DNA of 64,000 nucleotides from Octopus sinensis (taxonomy: Eukaryota): assembly GCF_006345805.1 (NCBI RefSeq), contig NC_043020.1, positions 15,314,001-15,378,000 on the forward strand, written 5' to 3'. Below, piece by piece: positions 13,901 through 25,931 of the stretch (positions are counted from its first letter, which is position 1; the number at the start of each line of letters is the position of its first letter). The position numbers and the translations under genes were made by a program. Below the pieces are notes generated by a model. That model made no database searches. It saw nothing but the letters and a program-made list of their open reading frames with translations, and had not been told where the DNA came from.

Positions 13901-16900
13901 ATGCACTTAAAAGATTTTGGTGCTTCCATATATATGGAATTCAAAATATAAACAATGATAAGACACAGTATAAATTTTTATTTTTCAAAATGAATCAGAA
14001 CTAACAGTAAGATGGAAAATAATGTTTATTTTTCTATACTTCTACTTTATTTATATTTGAAAAGTTTTCTCCCACTTTTTTTAATTGCAGTCTTTGATCA
14101 GCCCCTGAAAATTAATTTCACGTAACACATCTGCTTCTATATTTAATAGAGATAAGGCACTCTGAATATTATTTTAGCAAGTTTAAAGTGATTTCTTTTG
14201 TACTGTAAACCATTTACCATTTCTGTGGTACCCTACTTCTCTTGATGTCCTAGCACATGCTTATTTTGCTTAATGGTTAATCCAGCGCTGTCTACAGCAT
14301 TATTTTAGGGGTCCATGATAAAATTTTGGTTTAGATGTCATCATCATCATCATTTAGCGTCTGCTTTCCATGCTAGCATGGGTTGGACGGTTCAACTGGG
14401 GTCTGGGAAGCCAGAAGGCTGCACCAGGCCCAGTCTGATCTGGCAATGTTTCTACGGCTGGATGCCCTTCCTAACGCCAACCACTCCGTGAGTGTAGAGG
14501 GTGCTTTTTACATGCCACCGGCACAGCTGCCAGACGGGGCTGGCAAACGGCCACGGTCAGATGGTGCTTTTTACGTGCCACCGGCACAGGGGCCAGGCGA
14601 GGCTGGCAACGGCCATGATCAGATGGTGCTTTTTACGTGCCACCGGCACAGGGTCCAGGCGGGGCTGGCAACGGCCACGATCAATGTATTTAATGCAAAA
14701 GACAGCTAGGCTTCTTTCTCTTATGTTTTGCCAAGTTTAACATGTTCTTTCAGAGAGTTCTTTTGTAAACCTTCACAAGGCCACTGACAACGTTTCATTG
14801 TTCTTAACTCTGGGCAGGTCTTCTTGAGAACAGCAATGCACCACATACCTCAGTCCTCTGTCATCTCCTTTGTAAGACTCAGCATTTTGAGATTGGCCCT
14901 TAATACTTTATAACATATCTTCCTGGGTCTCAGTCACTTATCACACTCATATCAATAGGCGCAGGAGTGGCTGTGTGGTAAGTAGCTTGCTTGCCAACCA
15001 CATGGTTCCGGGTTCAGTCCCACTGCATGGCATCTTGGGCAAGTGTTTTCTACTATAGCCCTGAGCTGACCAAAGCCTTTTGAGTGGGTTTGGTAGATGG
15101 AAACTGAAAGAAGCCCATCGTATAAATGTATATATGTATGTGTGTGTGTGTGTATCTTTGTGTGTCTGTGTTTGTCCCTCTAGCATTGCTTGACAACCGA
15201 TGCTGGTGTGTTTATGTCCTCGTCACTTAGCAGTTCAGCAAAAGAGACCGATAGAATACGTACTAGGCTTACAAAGAATAAGTCCCGGGGATGATTTGCT
15301 CAACTAAAGGCGGTGCTCCAGCATGGCCACAGTCAAATGACTGAAACAAGTAAAAGAGTAAGTGAATAGGTGAAAAACAAAATAGAAAATTTTGAAAGAC
15401 GTATCTGTAAAAATGGTTGAGAATTCTTGGTTTAAACTCTTGCATTGAATATGTTTCTAAATGCCTCAGCTTAGTTTTTACTATCATCACCATCATCAGT
15501 TTATATCTGTTTTTCATGCTGGTATGAGTTGGAAAAATTGTGATAGCCCAAATCAGCTTGTTTGGAGTTACTGCCTTTTTTTAGACAACACTGAAAAATC
15601 ATATCTTATGTTTCTAAACTTAGATGCCCTTCCTAACACCAACCATTTTACAGATGCATTCTTCTTCATGGCACCTGCACAGAGTGGTTGTCATTTCTTT
15701 GGCAAAATTAGAGTCCTCTCTATCCTACATTGCCTCTGTTCATTCCATACAGACATGATTGAAGGACAAATAAAAGCAAGAGTATTGATATGAGTGTTAT
15801 AGGGGACTGAGACCCAGGAAAACATTCTATAAAGTATTAAGGGCTAATATCAAAATACTGAGTCTTACAAAGGAGATGACAGAGGACTGAGATATGTGGT
15901 GCATTACGGTACTCAAGAAGACCTACCCAGAGTTAACCGTGGTCTTTTCCGTAGGCTTTTCTTTCCACAGATAAACCTAATCTGTTTTCCCTTTCTGCAT
16001 TGACATTTCTGTGATACACAATCCCTATTGATCGGCGTTTTTTCCCACGATCCCTTTTGATCGAAATTCAACCCACTTTTTTCTCTCTTCTTCCTCCCAA
16101 AAAGAAAAGCTCTACTTTGTATTTAGTCCCTTCTGTGTTCGCGAACAATGAAAAGTTGTCAGTGGTCTATGATTCACAGAGAGCAAAGATCTTAAGAGAG
16201 TGATCTGTGTCAATGAGGAGGAAGAGAGAGAGATGGGGAGGAGGGAATGAAAAAGAAAGTGAGTGGTTGAAGGTAGATCATGGTAAGAGAGAGTGTGGGT
16301 GTCATTTTGCATACCTTTAATTTTAATCTTGATTTTGGTTATGATTATTCTTTTTGTTTTAGGTTCTGTATCTTGAACTACAACTACCTGTAAATGGTAA
16401 CCCAAATGCTGCTGTTCCAAAAGTACCATATAAAACTCTGGGACCAAAAAGAAGGCTTGCAGGTTTTAAATCTCATTTCAGCACTTCCAAGCAAATTCTT
16501 GAAAAGCTCAAAGTGTATCATCGATTGCCAAGTGTGATCCTGGAATGGCGTCAAATTACAAACTCACTCACAAAAGTTGTATTTCCGCTATTGAAAGCCA
16601 AGGTACACTTAGCCAAAATGAACATGTATCGAATATTCAGTATTTGCCAGCTTCACACAGCAACTGGACGCATTAGTATGTTTGACCCAAATCTTCAGAA
16701 CATTCCCAAAGATTTTCAAATTGATCTACCAGGTCAGTTGTTGTTGTTCTTGTCATCATTGTTGTCGTTGTTGTTGTTGTTCCTACTCTTCTCCCCCAGA
16801 TCGACCTTGATTAATCCAGACTTATGATCAAAGGCTTTACTTCACTTATTTATTCATCTCTCTTGTGGACTTGACCCTTTTGTATTCAAAAGGCGTAGGA

Positions 16901-17076
16901 GTGGCTGTGTGGTAAGTAGCCTGCTTACCAACCACATTGTTCCGGGTTCAGTCCCACTGCGTGGCACATTGGGCAAGTATCTTCTACTATAGCCTCGGGC
17001 CCACCAAAGCCTTGTGAGTGGATTTGGTAGACAGAAACTGAAAGAAGCCCATCGTATATATGTATATATATATATA

Positions 17077-17115
<39 letters not shown>

Positions 17116-20100
17116 GCATGTGTGTGTATATGTTTGTGTGACTGTGTTTGTCCCCCCAACATCGCTTGGAGTATTTACGTTCCCATAACTTAGTGGTTCA
17201 GCAAAAGAGACCGATAGAATAAGTACAAGGCTTACAAAGAATAAGTCCTGGGGTCGATTTGCTCAACTAAAGGCGATGCTCCAGCATAGCCACAGTCACA
17301 TGACTGAAACGAGTAAAAGAATAAAGGAATATCAGGTTGAAATCTTCTACTGTTTTATGGTCAAACTGACCTGATCAGGCTTCTCACACCTACCCTACAA
17401 TGTCATTCTAAAAGTAAATAATCATGTCACTGAAATTTTCAAGCTACAAGATAATGTTTGATAAATTCAAAACAATATAAAAAGCACTACTTTTGACATA
17501 GTAATCTGATTGCTAAAGGGTTAAGCATGTTGGTGTCATCATTATTATAGTCAACATGTCGACAAAGAAGCTTCTACGTGGTCACTAGGGCTGCTAGAAA
17601 TAGCAGATAACTACATTATGTAATGTGGTGTCTTGGACATTGATTAAATAAAAAAAAAACATAATGATCATGAGTGAAACACCTTCGATTAAAAGTCTGC
17701 TAAATCTTGGAGTTGAATAATAATAACAACAATTATTACCTACTTTCTGTATTATATCCATATTTCTTGTTAGTTTTTTATGGTTTTAGAATTATCACCA
17801 AAACATTGGAAACAATTTTTATTTTTAGATGTAATAAAAGAAACTCCTGTCACGGTTCCTGATGCAAGAAAATCAAAACATCGTCATTGTAAGCGACAGA
17901 CGAAATCCAATTGTGGTCAATCTTTTGCTGTCAGCATGAGAAATGCTTTTGTTCCTTTTGAAGGTAATCTATGTTATTTTAGACAAAGGACAAGTAACCT
18001 GTAGCCTTTAAAACCCTTAAGCACAATTAAAAAGTCTGGATTTTGCTTTAGCCCTTTCGTTACTGTATTTATTGGCTGTAGCCAGCACCGCATCGACTCG
18101 CCTCCATGCTGGTGGCACGTAACAAACACCATCTGATCGTGGCTGTTGCCAGCCTCGTCTGGCACCTGTGTCGGTGGCACATAAAAAGCACCCACTACAC
18201 TCACGGAGTGGTTGGCGTTAGGAAGGGCATCCAGCTGTGGAAACACCGCCAGATCTGACTGGCCTGGTGCAGCCTTCTGGCTTCCCAGACCCCATTTGAA
18301 CCGTCCAACCCATGCTAGCATGGAAAGCGGACGTTAAACGATGATGATGATGATGCTCTGTGTTTCTTTTAATTACTTTAAATATAACAAAGAATTTAGT
18401 AAAATAACTTAATTATCATTCAGCTAGTGTTAGGAACATAAATTGCGACTAAGGCTTGGTGGAATATTTTAATTTAAAACTTATGAAAACAAGACATTTT
18501 ACCACAGAGCCAGAGCCGGTTTTGGCCGGGTTAGTAACAAAAGGGTTAAATCAGTACTCGGCAACCTTTTTTCACTTGCGGTACACTTATATTCTTTTCA
18601 AAATTTGGCAGCACACCTGAACTATAAATATAACTAAAAGTATGGGGAAATAATTATCTTCAGGTTACATTGTGAAGGTGCATGGCTCAGTGGTTAGAGC
18701 GTCGAGCTTACGATCGTGAGGTTGTGAGTTTGAATCCTGGACCTGGCTGCATGTTGTGTTCTTGAGCAAGACACTTTATTTCATGTTGCTCCAGTTCACT
18801 CATCTGTAGAAATAAGTTGCGACATCACAGGTACCAAGCTGTATCAGCCTTTGCCTTCCCCTTGGATGATGCTGGTGGTGTGGGGAGGGGAGGCCGGTAT
18901 GCATGGGTGACTGCTGGTCTTCCATAAACAACCTCGCTCGGACTTGTGCCTGGGAGGGTAACTTTCTAGGTGCAATCCCACAGTCAGTCATAACCGAAGG
19001 GGGTCACAACATTGTTGCACACCTAGCATCATCTAGTGGTACACCCGTGTGCCATGGCATACCGGTTGCAGAGCACCGCTTTAAATAGATAACTTAGCAC
19101 TGCTACTTGAGCCCTATAAAAAGCATTGGTGATGGTGCTGTGAAAACACTGGTGATGGTACCATGTAAAAGGTTTTATTTTAAATTAATTTATCCAAAAT
19201 GTGTGAAGAACTGCGGGAAGTTCTTGTTAACAAACAACGGCAGTAATTTTATTCAGCTGAATACACGTCATTGATTGGTTGAAATTACCGAAATAGGACT
19301 ACTTTGACATGAAATTACTTCGTAAATATAATTTTTCTCAAAAATTTTATTCAGCTGAATACACGTCATTGATTGGTTGAAATTACCGAAATAGGACTAC
19401 TTTGACGTGAAATTACTTCGTAAATATAAATTTTTCTCAAAAATGCTAAGAGTAAAAGATGTTTTATATGACACATTCTACCAGTGTCCGAAGCTTGAAA
19501 GTTATTTAGTTACAAAAAATTATTTTTTAACTCTGTCGGTCAAAAGATAAAGATCCAAATCTCAAATGGACCCTAGTTGAGAACTACTGATATAACAGCT
19601 AAAACTAGTTAAAATTTGTCTTTCATCAAAACAATTCCTGAAATAAAATCTCCTTTTATATCCTGTAGGTGGCATCCTTGTAGCTGCTGACTATTCACAG
19701 TTAGAACTTAGAATCATTGCTCACCTGTCGAAGGACATGAAATTGACGAATATACTTAATAGAGATTGCGATGTCTTTAAATTAATCACTTCAGAATGGA
19801 AGAATATTCCTGTGGAACAAGTCACAGACAAACAAAGACAACAAGCCAAGCAGGTTCTAACATTTTTGTCATTTATTGTTGTTTTCTAGCTGTGTGCTTA
19901 AGTTCCATGTTCCATACCACTTACACAGCTCTTTTTGTTACACAGTAACAAAATTAAATTTGTTTTTTGTCTTCGGTCAGTAAGTCTTATTTCCTATTTG
20001 TTTCTATTTAGAAATCAAAGGCAATGACTACTATTCCCTTCAAACTTTGCTTTTGTCACTTGGACACATATATACATGCATTTGTCTGTCTGTCCGTCTG

Positions 20101-21821
20101 TCCATCCATCCATCCATCCATCCACAAAGAACCAGACACAAATACTACATTTCTTCTGATGCTTTAACAATTCCACCAATCCACTATTCTGAACTGGCAT
20201 AATATTTATTGATCCCAAAAGGATGCAAGTGCAAAGTTGACCTTGGTAGGATTTGAACTCAGAGTACAGATATCCAGAAGGAAAATCTCAAGACTTTCTG
20301 TGTAATGTTCTAATGACAACCAGCTCACCACTTTCCTTTCCTCTCCCAACTTACTCATTAAAGAGAAATTTTTTTGTTGTCTTTAAAGATTTCACCATCC
20401 TACATTTCAGATTTGTTATGGCATGATATATGGTATTGGTGCCAAGGCTTTGGGTGATGCATTAAATGTAGAGGAAAATGATGCTACAGTCTTCATGGAA
20501 ACATTCAAATCTAAATACCCTGGTTAGTAAAATTTTGACAGTCACATAATGTATCTCACCTGGCAGTTTACTGAAATAAGTTTCATCATCATCATCATCG
20601 TTTAACGTCTGCTTTCCATACTAGCAGGGGTTGGACGATTTGACTGAGGACTGGCAAACCAGATGGCTGCGCCAGGCTCCAATCTTGATCTGGCAGAGTT
20701 TCTACAGCTGGATGCCCTTCTTAACGCCAACCGCACCGAGAGTGTAGTGGGTGCTTTTACGTGCCACCGGCACGAGGGCCAGTCTGGCAGTACAAGCAAT
20801 GGCCACGCTCGAAAATGGTGCTTTTTACATGCCACCTACACAGGAGTCAATCCAGCGGCACTGGTAATGACCTCGCTTGAATGTTTTGTTCACGTGCCAG
20901 TAAGGTGATGCTGGTAACGATCACGCTCAAATGGTGCTTTTTACATGCCACCAGCATGGAAGCCAGACAGCTGCTCTGGCAGTGATCCCACTCGGATGGA
21001 GCTGTTTAATTAATAAAATTATAATTATTTTGACATCATCATCATCATCATTTAACATCCATTTTCCATGTTGGCATGGGTTGGACGGTTTCACAGGAGC
21101 TGGCCAGCTGAAGTCCTGCCTGGGCTCCATATCTGTTTTGGCTTGGTTTCCATAGCTGGATGCCCTTCCTAATGCCAACCACTTTACACAATATATTGGG
21201 TGCTTTTACGCAGAACTGGCATGGGTACTTCTACATGACAATGGTACAGGTGCTTTTTATGTGGCACCAGCACCCATGAGCCTACAAGATTAAGACCACT
21301 CAGCTGATGAGGGATGCAAAGGACAATGCCTGTATGCATGCTTGATGTGTCTTCTCAAGCCCAACAAACCACTGGAAGTCTCAGTCCCTTGTTATCCCCT
21401 CTGTGAGGCCCAATATTTGAAGTTCCTTTCTCACCACTTTGTCCCATGTCTTCCTTGGTCTTCCCTCTACAATTTGAGATCAAATTTTAGGAGAAGAAAA
21501 AATGCTTTTCAAGATTAATATTTACATTATGCTCAAATCATTTTAATCTCCATTTGTCATCAAGAGTTTTATTTCTGGACATGTATGCAGCTGTAGGCTG
21601 TATTACTCTTTACTCTTTTACTTGTTTCAGTCATTTGACTGCGGCCATGCTGGAGCACCGCCTTTAGTCGAGCAACTCGACCCCAGGACTTATTCTTTGT
21701 AAGCCCAGTACTTATTCTATCGGTCTCTTTTGCCGAACCGCTAAGTGACAGCGACGTAAACACACCAGCATCGGTTGTCAAGCAATGCTAGGGGGACAAA
21801 CACAGACACACAAACACACAA

Positions 21822-21866
<45 letters not shown>

Positions 21867-24800
21867 TACGACGGGCTTCTTTCAGTTTCCGTCTACCAAA
21901 TCCACTCACAAGGCTTTGGTCGGCCTGAGGCTATAGTAGAAGACACTTGCCCGAGGTGTCACGCAGTGGGACTGAACCTGGAACCATGTGGTTGGTAAGC
22001 AACCTACTTACCACACAGCCACTCCTGCGTCTATTACAGGTTGTTAACTTTAGAATGTATGCTCTCAACATTTAGATTTTTACATTTAGTGTTTGGAGGA
22101 AGGGCTGTTGCTTATGACCCCAGTGAGCTTGATGCTGTTAACATTCTATTTAAATTGTTGCAGATCAATACATACAGGAAAGACGTACTTGTGATGGTAT
22201 TCACCTGGGGTGGGTTGAGATGACTCCAACCAACAAGTTCTTATTTCTTTACTGCCCACATGGGGCTAAACATAGAGGGGACAAACAAGAACAGACAAAT
22301 GGATTAAGTCGATTACATCGCCCCCAGTGCGTAACTAGTACTTAATTTATCTACCCCGAAAAGATGAAAAGCAAAGTCGATCTCGGCGGAATTTGAACTC
22401 AGAACATAGCGGCAGACAAAATACCATTAAGCATTTTGCCCGGCGTGCTAACGTTTCTACCAAGCTCGCCGCCTTTCCAACCAACAAGTTCACCATGTCC
22501 CTCACAAATGCCTCACATTCCAGTAGGTAAAGTAATGCTTCTGACTGCAGCCCAAAAATCTGGATTACAAATTTGACAAATGCTCCACTGGGAGAGCAAA
22601 CATGTTGATTTGAATCTTGTAGAGTGTCAGTAGCTGGTGGGGAACTGAAATGTTTTCTGGGCTTGAAAAGAAGGGTCTGTCATTGACTTGCAGTTGTAGC
22701 TATGCTAAAGATGTGCTTTCATCATCATCATCGTCATTGTCATCATTTAGTGTCCATTTTCCATACTTGGCATGGGTTCAGATGGTTTGACGGGAGCTTG
22801 TAAGTTGGACAGCTGCACCAGTCTCCAGTCTCTTTTGGCTTGATTTCTATGGCTGGATGCCTTTCCTAATGCCAACCACCCTACAGAGTGTACTGGGTGT
22901 CTTTCACATGTCACTGCATGGGTGCCTTCAGCATGTCACTGGCACAGGTGCCTTTTATGTGTCACCAGCAGAGGTGCTTTTACATGTCACTGGCATACCA
23001 TTACATGCCGGTGGCACATAAAAAGCACCATCTGATCATGACCATTTGCCAGACTCGTCTGGCACCTGTGCCGGTGGCACGTAAAAAGCACCCACTACAC
23101 TCATGGAGTGGTTGGCGATAGGAAGGGCATCCAGCTGTAGAAGCATTGCCAGATCAAACTGGGCCTGGTGCAGCCTTCTGGCTTCCCAGACCCCAGTTGA
23201 ACTGTCCAACCCATGCTAGCATGGAAAGCGGACGCTAAACGATGATGATGATGATGATGATGATGATTCCAAGAGATGAGTGGAACCTCAGGTGGAAAGT
23301 TTTAATAGGAGATTTACATGCCTGATATGATTGAAGGCTTTGCTAATGTCTAGAACAGTTATTCTCACCCATTTTTTTTTTTACCTATGGACCCCTTTCA
23401 TTCCTATTTTACTTTACTGGACCCTCATAGTCATTCAATGTTTAAAAACTCCTGCACCTCAGGATGGCACTGCCAGTATGAACAAGTTTTAATGAAAGTT
23501 ATCTGGTGGAATGAATTTCCAAGCCAACATATTTCAAAAGAATTATGAAGCGATTTTTCAAATTATCTTTTCTAATTTTACATGTTAGAACGCAGGCAAA
23601 ATTTCATTGGCTGTATTGGTTTTTTAGTGATGGAAGGCAAGGTTTATGATATCGGAGGAACATCATCTTCTTCCATCATTCTTCTTCTTGTTCTTTATGT
23701 AGTTCAGGCTTTCGGCAGACGAAGAGAAAAGACTCCAAGCATAAATGTTATTTACAACTGGTTTATTTACAGGAAAGGTGAAATGTGCTGCTCTCAGCTA
23801 CCATCTTAAACTCTGATAGTGTTTAAACCGGCTATATCTGGCCCAAATATTCTACTCATTTTATGCTCAAACTGGCCAGAACCAGTATCTCACACCTACC
23901 CTGCAATGTCATTCTAAAGATAAACAATTACATCTTTCAAATCTTGAAGCTACAATATAATACCAGATTAATTTTTTAAAATGTAAATGAATAAGGATTA
24001 CTTCTGACATATTAATTTGAACATTAAAGGGTTAAACTCTGATAGTGTGGGTGCATAGCCACTGGAGATAGACAAGCAGAAAACTCTGCCAGCGTTCGTG
24101 TTCAGCCAATGATGCAGTGTAAAACAGCGCCAAAAGAGGCTGGTCTGAAGCGGTTTCCCATTTATATAGTTTTCTCCATCGCGAGCTTCGTTGTGATCTT
24201 GCGCATGGCAAATGGATGCAAGTGAGGTCTCGCTCCACTCTTAGAGATGGCAATGGCTGCCACGAGATCTCATCCAATATGACGCTGGCTATTTGTGCTG
24301 CTACAGTTCTCAACAATTTTTTCCTACAGACCCCTTTGAATCCTGTTTTACTCAGATGGACCCCCAAAGACATTCAATATTTTAAAAAATCCCATAATAA
24401 TTTTATAATTAAATATTATTAGGAATTGTATAACTTTCATCATTATCATCATCATCATTTAGCGTCCGCTTTCCATGCTAGCATGGGTTGGACGGTTCAA
24501 CTGGGGTCTGGGAAGCCAGAAGGCTGCACCAGGCCCAGTCTGATCTGACAATGTTTCTATGGCTGGATGCCCTTCCTAACGCCAACCACTCCGTGAGAGT
24601 AGTGGGTGCTTTTTACGTGCCACCGGCACAGCTGCCGGACGGGGCTGGCAAATGGCCATGGTCGGATGGTGCTTTTTACGTGCCACCGGCACTGGTATCA
24701 CAGCTACAATTTCCATTGATGTTGATCGATTTCGATTTTGATTCTGATTCTCACTTGCCTCAACAGGTCTTCACAAGTAGAGTTTTGTGTCCCAAGAAGG

Positions 24801-25900
24801 AAAGGTATGCATAAGTGGACTGGCTACATCCCAGGTAGTGGGCATGGGTTATGGTCTCACTTGTCCTGCCGAGTCTTCTCACGCACAGCATTCTTCCATA
24901 GGTCTCGGTCTCTAGACATTTCCTCGGTGAGACCTAAAGTTCGAAGGTCGTGCTTCACCACCTGTCCCAGGTTTTCCTGGGGTCTACCTCTTCCACAGGT
25001 TCCCTCAACCGCTAGGGTGTGGCACTTTTTCACACAACTATCTTCTTCTATTTAAATCAGTGATTCTCAACCTGGCTATGTTAAGTCTAAAAATAAACAA
25101 TCATATCATTGAATTCTCAAGTTACGAGATAATACATGATTAATTCAAAACAAATGCGAATAAATAAGCCTTGCATTTGACAGTGTAATCTGAATGCCAA
25201 AAGGGTTAAAGCTTAGTCTTCAAAGATGAGATTAATTAGAAAAATTATATCAACAACTCATTGCAGTTATTTAACCCTTTTGTTACCATATTTCTTTTGA
25301 GATACTTTGTGTTTCTTTCAATTTATTTTAAATATAACAAAGAATTTAGTAAAATAACTTAGTTATCATTAAGCTAGTGTTAGGGACATAAATTACGACT
25401 AAGGTTTGGTGGACATTTGTACTACAGTGCTAGAGGCTATTTCGGGTGAGTTGGTATCAAATAGGTTAATCACATTTAAATGTTTATTATTTTTTTTCCT
25501 TGTTTCTTGATCTTGATTTTTATTGTTTTGTAGGTATGAAATCTTACATTCAAAATACTGTAAAACAATGCAGACAAGATGGCTATGTAAAAACAATTAC
25601 TGGCAGAAAACGCTATTTACCCAATATAAACAGCTCTAATTCATACTCTAAACTTCAGGTTAGTAATTTTATTGTGGGGTTGCCTCTGGTTATCCCAATG
25701 TGGATGGTTTCAACCTTTTCTCTCCAATAACCCATAGGCGCAGGAGTGGCTGTGTGGTAAGTAGCTTGCTAACCAACCACATGGTTCCGGGTTCAGTCCC
25801 ACTGCGTGGCACCTTGGGCAAGTGTCTTCTGCTATAACCCGGGCCGACCAATGCCTTGTGAGTGGATTTGGTAGACGGAAACTGAAAGAAGCCCGTCGTA

Positions 25901-25931
<31 letters not shown>

